Part shown: piece after piece, positions 13,001-26,055 of the stretch | Position numbering within the stretch: position 1 is the stretch's first letter | Layout: the number at the start of each line of letters is the position of its first letter | From: Camelus dromedarius | Taxonomy: Eukaryota | Length of the DNA stretch: 64,000 nucleotides | NCBI RefSeq assembly: GCF_036321535.1 | Contig: NC_087445.1 | Coordinates: 10,108,001 to 10,172,000, forward strand | Reading direction: 5' to 3' | Notes under the pieces: model-generated | What the model was told of the DNA's origin: nothing | The model's input: the letters and a program-made list of their open reading frames with translations, nothing else | Database searches by the model: none | Translations under genes and position numbers: made by a program

Positions 13001-16000
13001 TTCAGTTATAAGAACAAGTTTAGCCATGTTAGCTGTTAATATCAAATAGAATTAATTATCGAGCAGAAAGTTCTGGAAGCCCAGTTATTTCATGCTTTAA
13101 GTACCAACTTTTGTGATCCCTAATCAGACCCTTTTAGTTGCTGAAAATAATTATTTCCCTCTAAGACTATTATTTAAATTTTTTCTCATTCCAATATGCA
13201 AAATTTCTCCCATAGAGCTTATAGAGATATAAAATATATGGAATTATATTGGAGTCCCGTTAACTAATTTTAGTCAGATAGTATCTACATGTATATAAGA
13301 GGTATTTGAAATGCAATCTGTTTCTTTTTAAAATTTATTTATGTCATAAAAATATATTGACAATATTTTAATATTAAGGAAACATCAACATAAAATTTTA
13401 TTAGTTTTAGATGTGTCATAATGACTTGATATGTGTAAACACTGCAAAATGATTACCAGAATAAGTTAACATCCATTACCACACAGTTATAATTCTTTTT
13501 TCTTGTGATGAGAACGTTTAGATCTACTCTCTGAGGGACTTTCATATTTGCAATATGTTATTAACTATAACCACTGTGCTGTCCATTACATCCCTAGGAC
13601 TTATTTATCTTATGAGGAAGTTTATAACTTTTGGCCACCTTCCTCCATTCTTGGCCTCTGTTCTGACAACCACAGTGTGTTATCTGCATCTATGAGTTTG
13701 GCGTTTTTAAAAGAGTTGATATATGAGTTAGATCATACAGTATTTGTGTTTCTCTGTCTGCCTTATTTCATAAAGCATGATATCCTCAAGACTGACCCAT
13801 GTCCTTGCAAATGACAGAATTTTCTTCTTTTTATAGCTGATTAATATCCCATTGTATATGTATGACACTTTTCTTCATTCTCTGCTGATGGACACTTAGA
13901 TTTCTATGTCTTGACTTTTCTAAATAACGCCACAGTGAACAAAGAGATGCAAGACACTGCTTCAACATAGTGATTTTGTTTCCTTCAGATAAATACCTGG
14001 AAATGGAATTGCTGGATCATATGATAGTTATACTTTTAATTTTTTGTGGCCCTCCATACTGCTTTCCATAGTAGGCACAACTAATTCGCATTCCCACCAA
14101 CAGTGCGTGAGGGTTCTCTTTCCTTCATCTCCTGCCCAATACATGTTATTTCTTGTCTTCTGAATAATAGCCATTCTAACAGGTGTGAGGTTATATCTCA
14201 TTGTGGTTTTGATTTGTTTCCCTGATCATTAGTGATGTTTAGCACCTTTTCATAACCAAATCAGATAAATGATTTGTAACTGTTGTCTCCCATTCTTTAG
14301 GTTTCATTTTCATTTTCTTGAGGTTTGCTTCACCGGACAGAAACTTTTTATTTGATATAGTTCCACTTGTTTATTTTTGTTTTTATTGTCTTTGATTTTG
14401 GTCAAATCCAAAAACAAACCAAAAAAATGAGTGCCTGTATCTCCCTGATTGATTTGAGAATGTTGAACCACTTTGCATCCCTGAAATAAATCCCACTTCA
14501 TTATGGTGTATGATTTTTTAAATGCAGTTTTGAATTCAACTTGCTAATATTTTGTGAAAGATCTTTGCATCTGTGTTCTTCAGGGATATTGGTCTGTAAT
14601 TCCCTTTCTTGTGGCACACTTGTCTGGTTTTGGTATCAGATATTTTTGACCTTCTAAAATGTGTCCTGAAGTGTTACCTCTCCTTTTATTTGTTGGAGGA
14701 ATTTGAGAAGAATTGGTATTAGTTCTTCTTTAAATGTTTGGCAGAATTGACCAGTAAAGCCATCTGGTCCTGGACTTTCAGTCTCCTTACTAGTCATAGA
14801 TCTTTTCAGATAGTTTTGTATTTCTTTATGATTCAGTTTTGATAAGTTGTTTTTTTCTGGCAAATGATCCACTTCTTCTAATTGTCCAATATGGTGTATA
14901 TTTTTTATAGTATTTTATGATGCCTTGTATATCTGGGGTATTGGCTTTAATATCTTCTCTTTCATTTCTAATCTTATTTATTTGATTTCTCTCTCTTTTC
15001 TTGATGATCTAAAGTTTTGTTTATTTTGTTTATCTTGTCAAAACACCAGCTCTTACTTTCATTGGTGGTGGTGGTTTGTTTGTTTGTTTGACTATATTTC
15101 TATCCGTATTTTACTTATTTCTGCTCTGATCTTTATTTCTTTCCATCTACTGGTTTTGAGCTTAATTTTTTTTTCCAGTTCTTTAAGGTTTAAAGTTAGG
15201 TTGCCTGAGATATTTCTTTTTCTTAATGTTGGCTTTTATGGCTGTGGACTTCCTTCTTAGAACTACTTTGGCGGCATCCCATAAGTTTTGATATTATGTG
15301 TTTCCATTTTCATTTGTCTCTTGATAATTTTTTATTACTCTTTTGAGTTCTCATTTGGCACATTGGTCGTTCAGTAGCATGTTGTATAATCTTTACGTAT
15401 TTGTGAATTTTCCACTTTTCTTCTTGTACTTGGTTTCTAGTTTCTCACCATTGTGGTTCGGAAAGAGGATTGATATGATTTCAGTTTAAGTTTATTAAGA
15501 CTTCCTTTGTGGCTTAACATATGATATATCCTAGAGAATGTTAGGTATGCTTGAGAAGAATGTGTAGTCTGCTGTTTTAGGATGGAATTTTCTATAAATA
15601 ACTGTTAATTTCATCTGTTCTAACATGTAATTTAAGACAATGTTTCCTTATTGGTTTCTGTCTGGATGATCTATCTATTGATGAAATTATGGTATTGGAT
15701 TCCCCCACCATTATCACATTGACGTCTATTTTTCCCCTTTGGTCTGTTAATATCACCTTTATAAATTTAGGTGATCCTTTGTTGGGTGCATAAACGTGTG
15801 CAGTGTACAGTCTCTTGTTGGATAGACTCCTTTATCCTTATTTACAGACATAATTTTGTTTCTTGTTACAGTCTTGGGCTTAAACCCTACTTTTTTCCTG
15901 CATAGCTACCCGGATTCATTTTGGCTTCTATTTACATGCAATGTCTGTTTCTACCCCCTCTCTGTCAGTCTGTGTGCATCCTTAGAGCTGAAGTGAGTCT

Positions 16001-16556
16001 CTTGTAGGCAGCATATACTTAGATCTTGAATGTTTAAAAAATTTATTGAGCCACTCTCTATCTTTTGATTGGAGAACTTAGTTCATTTAAATTTGAAGTA
16101 ATCATTGGTAGGTAGGGACTTTCTGCCATTTTAAAAACATTGTTTTCTGGCTATTTTTGTAATTCTTTTGTTTCCTTCTTATTCCTGTTCTCTTTCACTG
16201 TGATTTGGTAACTTTTAACGTAATATCTTTAGATTCCTTTCTCTTTATCTTTAATATATCTACTATATGTTTTTGCTTTGTGATTTCATGAGGCTTGCAT
16301 AAAACAGAGCTGTAACAGTCTGTTTTAAGCTGTTAAAATCTTAAGTGTGTATGCATTCTAAAGCTCTATAATTTTAGTCCCTCTTCATGTTTTATGTTTT
16401 TGATGTCACAATTTACATCTTTTTATTTTGTGTATTCATTAAAAAGTTTTTGTATTATAGTCATTTTACTACTTTTGTCTTTTAACTTTTATACTAGATT
16501 TATAAATGAGTCATCCATCACCATTATAATAGTAGATCATTCTGAGTTTAACAGTA

Positions 16557-16769
16557 CACTTGACTTTTGAACAACACAAGGGCTGGGGGCTTTACCCTCC
16601 TCACAGTCTAAAATCTGTATAAAATTTTATAGCTAGACCTCCATCTCTGCAGTATGGTGTACATGGATTCGGCCAACCACAGATCATGCAGTACTGTAGC
16701 ACGTATGTTTTTTAAAATGAATGTATAAGTCAGTGTACAGAGTTCAAACCCATGTTCATAGGTCAACTG
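16557..16769. mobile_element. Tc1/mariner Tigger-derived MITE (MER8/Tigger2-like)
   Basis: Terminal inverted repeats 'cacttgacttttgaacaacac' / 'catgttcataggtcaactg', flanked by TA at 16555-16556 and 16770-16771; internal 'ggattcggccaaccacagatc'. Confidence 0.85.
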
Positions 16770-18134
16770 TATATTTACATTTTCTACTGATACTTATACT
16801 GTTTTGCTATTACTAATTAGCACCCTTTCTTTTCAATGAAAAGAAGTCCCTTTAACATTTTTTTGTATGGCTGATCTAATGATGAATTACTTGAGCTTTT
16901 ACTTGTCTGGAAAACTCTGATCTCTCCTTCAGTGCTGAAGGACAGCTTTGCTGGGTAAAGTACTCTTAGCTGGCAGGGTTTGGGGTTGGTTCCCTTCTTC
17001 CTTCCTCCCTTCCTTCCTTCCTTCCCCCCCTCACCCCAGGACTTTGAATATACTATGCCACTTCTTTCTGGCCTGCTAGCAAAACCTGCAGATAGCCGTC
17101 TGGGGGTTTACATGTATATAACAGTTAGTTTTTGCCTTTCTGCTTTAAAGATTCTCTCCTTGTCTTTAACTTTTGACACTTTAATGATCATGTGTTTTAC
17201 TGTGAGTTTCACTGGTTTTACCTTCTTTGAAATCTAGGGGCTTCCTGGTTTTGGAATTCTGTTTCTTTTCCCAGGTTCAGAATGTTTTCAGACATTATTT
17301 CTTTTAATAAGTTCTCTACCTCTTTCTCCCTCTCTTCGCCTTCCGGAATTCCCATAATGGGAATATCTTCCATATGTTTATGTCCCATAAGTCCCTTAAG
17401 CTGTCTTTACCTTCTTTTAATCTTTTTTTTTTTCTTTTTGCTCTTCTGTATGAATTCCACTGTCCTATCTTTGAAATTTGGATCCTTTCTTCTACTTCAC
17501 CTCGTCTTCTGTTGAACTCTTATTGAATTTTTCAGTTTTGTTACTCCATTTTTGATCTTTTTGATTTTTGTTTGGTACATTCTTATATTTTCTGTCCCTT
17601 TGTTGAAATTCTTACTTTGTTCGTACATTGTTCTCAGGAGAAAGTAAGAATTTGTGGGCATTTTTATGACCATATTTTGAACATTTTTTTCAGGTAAATC
17701 ACTTATCCCCATTTCCTTAAGGTCTTTTTCTGTGATTTTATTTTATTTTTTAGTTGGAAACATATTCCTCTCTTCCTTCATTTTCTTTGATCCTTGCTGT
17801 GTTTGTTTTCTATAGATAAAACCACCACTTCTAGGCTTGAAGGAGTGGTCTTGGATAGGAGATGAAACTTACCATCCAGCCCTGCCCTAGCTCTTGCTCG
17901 TCTCTCAAACTTTTGTGAATGTCCAAGCAGCCTTCTCTGTCCTTAGTGGTACCCAGTAGTTGAGGATGTGCCAAGACCACTCAGTGTGCCACACGGGAGG
18001 ATCTCTGTCAGCCCCTAGATGGAGGCTGATTGGAAGCTGGACCCTCAGGTAGCAGCTTTAAAGTGTGTAAATATACCTCTTTCTGGGTGTTTCTGTCTGA
18101 TCCCTCTGTACTTAGCCAGTTAAGAACTATTTCT

Positions 18135-18247
18135 GGGTGAGGGATTAGCTCAGTGGCAGAGCACAAGCTTAGCATGCAAGAGGTCTTGGGTTCAATCCCC
18201 AGTACCTCCATTAACAAAAAAATAAAAAAATAAAAGGAGGAGGGGAG
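18135..18247 (+). mobile_element. tRNA-derived SINE (camelid Vic-1 type)
   Basis: Pol III A box 'tagctcagtggcagagc', B box 'ggttcaatcc' (18189-18198), A-rich tail; TSD aagaactattt (18122-18132) / aagaactgttt (18248-18258). Confidence 0.9.
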
Positions 18248-21200
18248 AAGAACTGTTTTGTTTCCTCTGTCCTGTTAATCCTGTGAACACAAACCCTTCT
18301 AGCAATGGAGCCAGGCTGTCAAGGGATGTGTCCTTGGTATGGGATGCGTGTACAAGCATCTTTCTTGTACCAGTGACCGGGTGCAGGGCAGAGAAAGAGC
18401 AGAAAGGCAGCACCCACTGGCCTGCCTGGTGTTTGGAGAGAATGCAGTTGGATCTTAGCTGTATGTTAAATTGGAAGTCTGACCCTCAGTGTACAGTTTT
18501 TAAGTTAAGCAAATAGGTCTCTTTCATGGAACTACTGGGCAGGTTTGTCTGCTGCCTCTGTACTGGGCTTGTGGGGATAGCCCCAGTGAGTCCTCACATG
18601 CCCCTTGAGACTTTCTCAGTCTGCTATACCCTTGTGAGTCTCATGGAGGCAATTCCCACTGGCCTTCAGAGCTAGATGTTTTGGGGACCCATCTGTCAGG
18701 TGAAAGTCTTAAAAGTTGGGTTGTCAGATGTGGAGTCCAAACCTTCTGCTCCTCAGGGAGAATCTGGAGTTGTGAGTTCCCTCCTGATGGTGTGTTACCA
18801 TGCCGGGGGTGTAGTGATGACAAGATCGTGTCTCACCCTCTACTACACTTTACGATGTGGCAATTTTCTTATCGTTCCGTTGTGCAGGCATCACTGAGCT
18901 ACTTTCTGAGTTCTTTTTCAGAGGGAATTGTTCCATGTGCAGCCATAGATTCATTGTGCCCATGGGAGCAGGGGAGCTTGGGAGATTTCTATGTCACCAT
19001 CTTCTATTCCTTTTTATTTGATGACTTATGTCAAGAACTGCCTAAATTGTAGCACATGTGTAAGTTTTAGACTATCTTATGACAGAATTCAGAAATGCTG
19101 AGTAATCCCTCTTGTTTTTATCTGGTATCTCTTCCTGGAATGTTCCATAAACAAATAAAAATAGAAACATACATACACACAGTGGGAAGAGTTGGAACGG
19201 AAAGACTGATTCATACGTCTGTACTTGCGTATAGACGTAATTGCCTCTGACTTGATGGGAAGGAACATGGAGCCTTCATTGAGTTAATTGAACCCTAGCT
19301 TTTGGGCTCCCATCTCTCAGAAGATACTGTTTTCAAAGTCAATATGCTATTGTACTTTGGGGAAGTAATGACTTTTCTTCATATAAGTTTTTCTCTTTTT
19401 TCTTTTGGTTTTCAACTTTTGGGAAAAGTGAAGTGGTGAGTTGGATTTTAAAGATTTAGTATGTAAGGGAGCAGTGGTAGTTTAATCATTCTGTGTAGAA
19501 AATCAATCTCAATATTGGTAGGCTCCAACCTTGCTAACCCTATTGGTTTTGTGCTTACTCTGATTTCCTCCGACAATGTCATCATTATGTGATTGTATGG
19601 AAAACACCAAATGTTTAAAGTTATATGTGCTCCATAAAAGCACCTCAGTTTTTATTTCTAAGGTGAAATGTTCAAACCATCCAGCTTTTCATCCCAGCTA
19701 TTATTCTGTCTGTTTCTGTAATGAGGCATTGAAAGAAATAAAACTGTGCCAACTGAATGAAGTGCAAACCCAGGGTACCTCAAGGACCCTGTGAGGCTGG
19801 AGCTGTGACTATTGGGAAAGGTGAGCGTGGGGTTCATCCAGAAGGTACTGCTGCCGTGTTGGGTGCTCCGTCCACATCTGGTGGTGACATCGATGCATGG
19901 CATTTCATTTAGGTTCAAATGTTATATTTACACTTGATTCCTTGTTTGGTCCTATGAAGAGGTGAAATTATAAAAAATAAAGTATGAAGAAATTTTTTTT
20001 CTAAAATGATTATTGAAATCAGTAATGATTCCCTCAGCCTCTATAGAAGGCACGTGAAATCAGTTTAAAATGTGCTGCTGAAAAAATTCCTCTTTTAAAA
20101 ATCATCCTTCTCCTGAGGAAGATGTTAAATAATTTTCTTGACATGTCACATCTTTTCTTTTCATTCTGTCTGATATCGGATTCTTCATACTCATCCCCTC
20201 CGAGGTCTACACAACTCTTCATATTTCTCACTCATTTTTTCCTTTTTTCATGAGTTTAGGAATTAGGTTCCTATTAAGAATTGACTCAAAATTATAATTC
20301 TTTTCTTTCATATCTTTGTATTCTTTACTCCTGCCCATTTTATTTGACATCTTTTTGATGACATTTCCACACTCAAGATAAATCCCCAGTTTGTCTATGT
20401 CACGGTGAACCACCATCTATTTTCTATGGTAGTTTTGCTTATTCTGAAGTGATCTCATTCTTATTGCCTTGACACTGCTTTATTTAAACTTGTTCAGAAT
20501 CATAGGTTCTTGTTTTTACCCCCCTTTTCCGATTCTTTTTGACTGCTCCCTAATTGTTCTCTGGACTGCTATTTCCTGGGACTGTTTCTCTTTATTTTTC
20601 TCTTTCCCATTGAGATGACGTCTGTTTACAAGTAGGTGAAAGCATAAGCTTTAGTAAGAGTTGTAGTTTCAAATCTGGTACAATTGGATGTCAGCTTCCA
20701 CCAAACTCTATTTTGGGAAACTAATATAATAGAATATAGGGTCAGTTCTAGAACATGGTCAGTTACTGGTCAAGTATTGTGACTAAGTTTGTTAGATCTT
20801 CAAAATCGAGTAAAGTATCTGAAAAGAACACTCAGTTACAGGATATTCCTGAATCTCTTGCTCCATTCTTTAAGTCATCAGTAACCCCTCATCACTTTTA
20901 TTTCTCAATATGGAAATACCCACTGACAGAGAAAAACAGCTGTTAGATATGCAGCAGTTCAGTGTTGAAAGAAAGCATGCTCGGTGTCATCTTCATACAG
21001 ACTCCAGAATACTTGTGGTGGCTGCATGGATCATGTTAGGAGGGAGTCTGAAGTCAGAGTTAGTATCAGCCCAAAAGACTACTGAGATTAATCAGTGATA
21101 CCAGTGGTACTTGCCTCAGTCCTGGGGACTGAGACTGATACTGAGACTGTCTTCATCATCCTTCATCCAAGAAGAAAACAACTGAGGTCTTTGTTAGGGG

Positions 21201-21249
21201 AAACTGTGAATAATGGCACATATGAATGAAATTGTCAGTGATGTGGAAA

Positions 21250-21570
21250 ATTACTTGGAAAGAGAGTTTTGAAGGCAGATAGCAGGGAACTAGTAATGAG
21301 TCTGTTGCCATAGGGAAAACCTAAAAAGAAAGCATAAATTAAAATGATCAGTGGAGATGAAGAGGGAATGATGGTTCAGAGAGTTTACTCACTATTAGAA
21401 TGGGTTTGAATTAATCCTAGATTAGATGTGGAGGATGAAGAAGAAAGGAGTTAAGGAAGACACTTAGATTTATTGCTAAAATGATAGTGTGGACTGTTAT
21501 ATCACTGGGAATATATATGAAAACAAAGGGCCTTTAGAGATAAGGCAGATACTCTGTTCTGAATATCCCT
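21250..21570 (-). mobile_element. L2 LINE relic
   Basis: Antisense L2 motif 'ttagatgtggaggatgaagaagaaaggagttaaggaagacac'. Confidence 0.6.
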
Positions 21571-21699
21571 ACTCCACATTTTGGTTGCTGTTCATTATAC
21601 TTTATTATTTTTACTACTTTTTAATGACACCAATACACACAGACTCTTTGTTAAAAAAATAAAATTAAATAATGGCTAAAGTCCCTTTAATCATTTGTT

Positions 21700-22953
21700 G
21701 TATATATATATATATTTATTGAAGTATAGTCAGTTTGCAGTGTGTCAATTTCTGGTGTACAGCTTAATGCTTCAGTCATACATGAACATACATATATTCA
21801 TTTTCATATTCTTTTTAAACATAAGTTACTAAAAGATATTGAATATAGTTTCCTGTGCTATACAGTATGAACTTGTTGTCAATTTTATATGTAGTAGTTA
21901 GTATCTGCAAATCTCAATCTCTCAGTTTATCCCTTCCCACTCCCTGGTAACCATAAATTTGTTTTCTATGTCTGTGACTCTATTTTGTAGATAAGTTTTT
22001 CTTTCCTTTTTTTTTTTTTCTTTTTGATTCCCCATAGAACTGATATCATATGGTATTTTTCTTTCTCTTTCTGGCTTACTTACCTTAGAATGACAATCTC
22101 CAGGTCCAACCACATTGCTGCAAATGGCATTATTCTGTTCTTTTTTATGGCTGAGTAGTATTCCATTGTATAAATATACCACAACTTCTTTATCCAGTCA
22201 TTTGTTGATGGACATTTAGGTTGTTTCCATGTCTTGGCTATTGTATTATAGTGCTGCTATGAACATTGGAGTACATGTATCTTTTTGAATTAAGATTCCC
22301 TCCAGATATATGCTCAGGAGTGGGATTGCTGGATCATATGTAAGTCTATTTTTAGTTTTTTGAGGAATCTCCATACTGTTTTCCATAATGGTTGCACCAA
22401 GCTACATTCCCACCAACAGTGTAGGAGGATTCTCTTTTCTCCATAGCCTCTCCAACATTTATTCTTTGTGGACTTTTGAATGATGGCCATTCTGAGTGGT
22501 GTGAGGTGATACCTCATTGTAGTTTTGATTTTCATTTCTCTGATAGTGATAATGAACATATTTACATGTGCCTATTGGCCATTAGTATGTCTTCATTGGA
22601 GAATTGTTGGTTTAGGTATTCTGCCCATTGTTGGATTGGGTTGGTTGTTTTTTTCTTTTTAAGTTATATGAGCTGTTTATATATTCTGGAGATTAAGCCC
22701 TTGTCAGTCTCATGTTTTGCAAATATTTTCTCCCATTCTGCAGGTTGTCTTTTTCTTTTGTTTATGGTTTCCTTTCCTGTGCAAAAGCTTATAAGTTTAA
22801 TTAGGTCTTATGTATATTTTTAATTTTTTTTGCATTTTTATTGAGTTCTTTTACAAAGTAGTGTCAAATTCCAGTGTAGAGCACAATTTTTCAGTTATAA
22901 TGAACATACATATATTCATTGTCACATTTTTTTCACTGTGAGCTATATAAAAA

Positions 22954-22999
<46 letters not shown>

Positions 23000-23846
23000 C
23001 CCTGTGCTATACAGTATAATTTTGTTTATCTACTTGTTTATTTTTGCTTTTATTTCTATTGCCTGGGTAGATAGCCCTAAGACAACATTGCTGAGATTTA
23101 TGTTGGGTAATGTTTTGCCTGTTTTCTTCTAAGAGGTTTATAGTGTCTTGTCTTATGTTTCAGTCTTTAAGCCATTTTGAATTTATTTTTATGTATAGTG
23201 TGAGCATTCTAACTTCACTGATTTACATGCTGCTGTCCAGTTTTCCCAATGCCATTTGCTAAAGAGACTTGGACTTTACTCCATTTTATGTTCTTGCCTC
23301 CTTTGTCAAAGATTAACTAACCAAAAGTCTGTGGGTTTATTTCTGGACTCTATTCTGCTCCATGGATCCACATGTCTGTTTTTGTACCAATAGCAAGCTG
23401 TTTTTATTACTGTAGCTCTGTAGTATTGTCTGAAGTCTGGGAGGGTTATTCCTCCAGCTTCATTCTTTTTCTTCAGTAATGCTTTGGCAATTCTCGGTCT
23501 TCTGTGATTCCATATAAACTTTAGGATTATTTGTTCTAATTCTGTGAAAAACATCCTGGTTAATTTGATAGAGATTACGTTAAATCTGTAGATTGCTTTG
23601 GGTAGTATGGTCATTTTAATAATATTAATTCTTCCAATCCAAGAACATGGGTTATCTTTCCATTTCTTTATGTCATCTTTAATTTCCTTAGTCAGTGCTT
23701 TGTAGTTCTCTGCATATAAGTCTTTCACTTCCTTGGTTAGATTTATTCCTAAGTATTTTATTTTTTTGGATGCAATTTTAAAAGGTATGTTTTTCTTTGC
23801 TTTTCTTTCCTGATATTTCATTGTTTGTGTAAAGAAATGCCACTGT
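21700..23846 (-). mobile_element. Relatively young 5'-truncated L1 (ORF2 C-terminal part + 3'UTR)
   Basis: ORF 23306-23821 is L1 ORF2 ([17 protein letters not shown]...[22 protein letters not shown]...[10 protein letters not shown]); 22314-22559 has the C-terminal [17 protein letters not shown] motifs. Confidence 0.95.
22823..23032 (-). mobile_element. Short young L1 3'-end insertion nested in the L1 above, containing a (TA)n tract
   Basis: Reverse complement matches the 3'UTR at ~53240-53420; interrupts host ORF2 between 'ttaggtc' and 'cttgtttatttttgc'; (TA)n at ~22961-22997. Confidence 0.85.
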
Positions 23847-23939
23847 CATTAATCATCATTCTTAAATCGAGTCCTTTTCTCTCATCCCCAGAGATAATTA
23901 TAGTTATGAACTACTCATCTTTCATGTATTCACATAAAC

Positions 23940-24128
23940 TAGGGTTTCTTAATTCCATCACTATTGATATCTGTTGTTGGAGGCTGTGCTGTGCATTGTA
24001 AGATATTTATCAGCATGCTTTGCCTCTGCTGCCTAGGTATCAGTTCTGAACCCCCAGAGAGACAGTCAAAGATGATGTGTGTCCAAATGTCCCCAAGGGG
24101 CAAAAGTACCCCCAGTTGAGGAGAATTA
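23940..24128 (-). mobile_element. hAT-Charlie MITE MER20
   Basis: 'agggtttctt...cactattgat...ggctgtgctgtgcattgtaagat...ccaaatgtccccaaggggcaaaa...ccccagttgag' follows the antisense MER20 consensus. Confidence 0.85.
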
Positions 24129-24219
24129 CACATATGAATATACACATTTGAATCCATAGAAAAGGGATCTTAAGGGAATTTCAGTTAAACACAAACATGA
24201 AAGATATTTTATAAAAGCT

Positions 24220-24745
24220 CACTCAACTCCAGCCCAATTCCCTTTTAATGTTCCTTACTGCATGTTAGTGCATGGAAAACTAAAACCCGTATTTCCAAGA
24301 CTCATTACAGTTCAGATTCTGCAAGTTATCTACATTAAACCAGGCCAAGGCAGCAACATTTGATAGTAAAGGCAAAGAAAATATCAAGCAGATATGTAAC
24401 TCCTCTGGCAAGCATGATTATAATGATATTTGGGGTGTGTGTGTGTGTGTGTATGAGTGTGAGCTGCATCAGAAATCCAAAGTCAGGAGCTTAGTCTCCT
24501 GGTTATGGAGAGACATGGGGCAAAGATCTTTTGGCCCAGTTCATGGCAGACATAGCATGGCTCTGGAGTCAGCAATAATGATGGTCGTTTCTTAATTATG
24601 TAGCATCCCAAACATCACACAGTCAGTGGCTGCCTTAGTGGTCTAGTTCAGCAGTGTTGTTCAGGGAATTTTTCAAGAGATGCTTATCTGGCCTCTTCAG
24701 TGATTTTGTGAGAAGCATAATAATGAATGATAAATAACAAATCCT
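24220..24745 (+). mobile_element. Possible ERVL solo LTR (LTR33/LTR16-like)
   Basis: 'ggaaaactaaaacccgtatttccaagactc' resembles the LTR33-family motif; heavily diverged. Confidence 0.4.
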
Positions 24746-25939
24746 CCTCTCGTCACACTATCCAAGGGGCAACAGCTAAATCCAGACTCATTCTCTGCTG
24801 CCTTCTGAAACTTTAAGAAAAAACAAAAGACATTAGTTGTACACTATGATTACAAAGAGAACAGGAGTGGGGACTACAGTGAGTAAAAGATGTTAACAAA
24901 TTTTTAATGAGGGGATGTGGATGAAGCATTAGCAGATTCAGAAGGTTGTTGTCAGTTCCTGGCAGAAGACATTCCCAATGGAAAGCCCAGTGATTCATCC
25001 TGCCGAGCCCTGAGTAGACCTGGGAATCAGAGGCACTGATGTTATTGGGTGAGATGATGAGTGGGAGTGAGGCCTGTGTATTACATGTAGGGCTAAGATC
25101 AGGGAAATCGGTAAAAAGCACAATATGGAACAGGTACCTGCCCCAGGTAACTTTATTATTTCATGCATCCTAGTGACTGCTTGTCCCCAAAACTGCAAAA
25201 TGGTACTAGAGAAGCATCAGACTCAGGGACATGTGTCACTGTAGACTGACAGAGAGCTGCCTTCCAAAAACCAGAAGTGTTAAGGGAAATCCAGCACATG
25301 GAGTGGTGGGACTTCCTGTCCTCTGATAGATAATTAAACTTCTTAGAATGCTGATAGCCAGATCTACACACTCCAGGTATGAGCTGAGCAAATCCTCCTA
25401 CAGAGACACTGAATAAACCAACAGAACAGATTTTTAGATACTGATACTTTGGAGTCTGACTGCTAAATGTATGGTTGCCCAGCCTGTCCATCTGGTATTT
25501 CTATTAGGAAAATCAGTAGTTGACAGTTTTCTCCCTCCACCCAACATAGAGCATCTATTAGTATTTGAGTGTCCCGAACTTAAACATGAATGATAACATA
25601 AAATATCAGATATGTGTGTGTGTGTGTATGAGTGTTGTAGTGAAGGAGGGCAGATTTGAGAGTATCCAACAACATGAAAGAGAGTAAAAAATAATTAGAG
25701 GAAAAAGGAACTCCAAGAGAATAGAGAGTGTGTGTATATACGTATGTCTGTCTGTCTATGGAGACAGAGGAATGTTATCAGTGTGTATAAACATATGATA
25801 TTTAAATAGATAACACACACACACACACACACATGCACAGAAGTTCTCCAAATGAGCCAGCCCAAGTTCTTCCCTTTTAGAACTTGTCTGCCTGCTTTTA
25901 TGACCCATGGGCTTGCTTTGCCCCTTTAACAACCTCACG

Positions 25940-26055
25940 TAACAGGATGTGTGACCCACAGCAAATCTTTGAAACTCCATGGACCTCAGTTGTTTCATTA
26001 GTAAAAAGGAAGAGCTTAAACTTGATCTCTGAAGATCTTTCAAGCACTAACATTA
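25940..26055 (+). mobile_element. MIR (MIR3-like) SINE
   Basis: 'tgtgtgacc...ggacctcagttgtttcattagtaaaagg...gatctctgaagatctttcaagcactaacatt'. Confidence 0.65.

Larger units (their letters stand above)
13325..19003 (-). mobile_element. Old L1 (L1MA9-like) with 5'UTR, ORF1, partial ORF2 and 3'UTR; internally deleted; hosts a Tigger MITE and a SINE
   Basis: 3'UTR 'gattaccagaataagttaacatccattaccacacagtta'; ORF2 fragment 'SPGPDGFTGQFCQTFKEELIPILLKFLQ' (14654-14872); ORF1-like 'ISDLPEKNVQNMVIKM' (17497-17712); 5' end 'tatgtcaccatctt' near 19000. Confidence 0.9.

Noticed and set aside
18135..18210. tRNA gene (also 36933-37005)
   Set aside because: A/B boxes are present, but so are A-rich tails (and a TSD at 18135), and the stems are degenerate: these are SINEs.
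23306..23821. Longest ORF (171 aa) as a host gene
   Set aside because: It is an L1 ORF2 fragment in a 5'-truncated element with no promoter and an incomplete RT.
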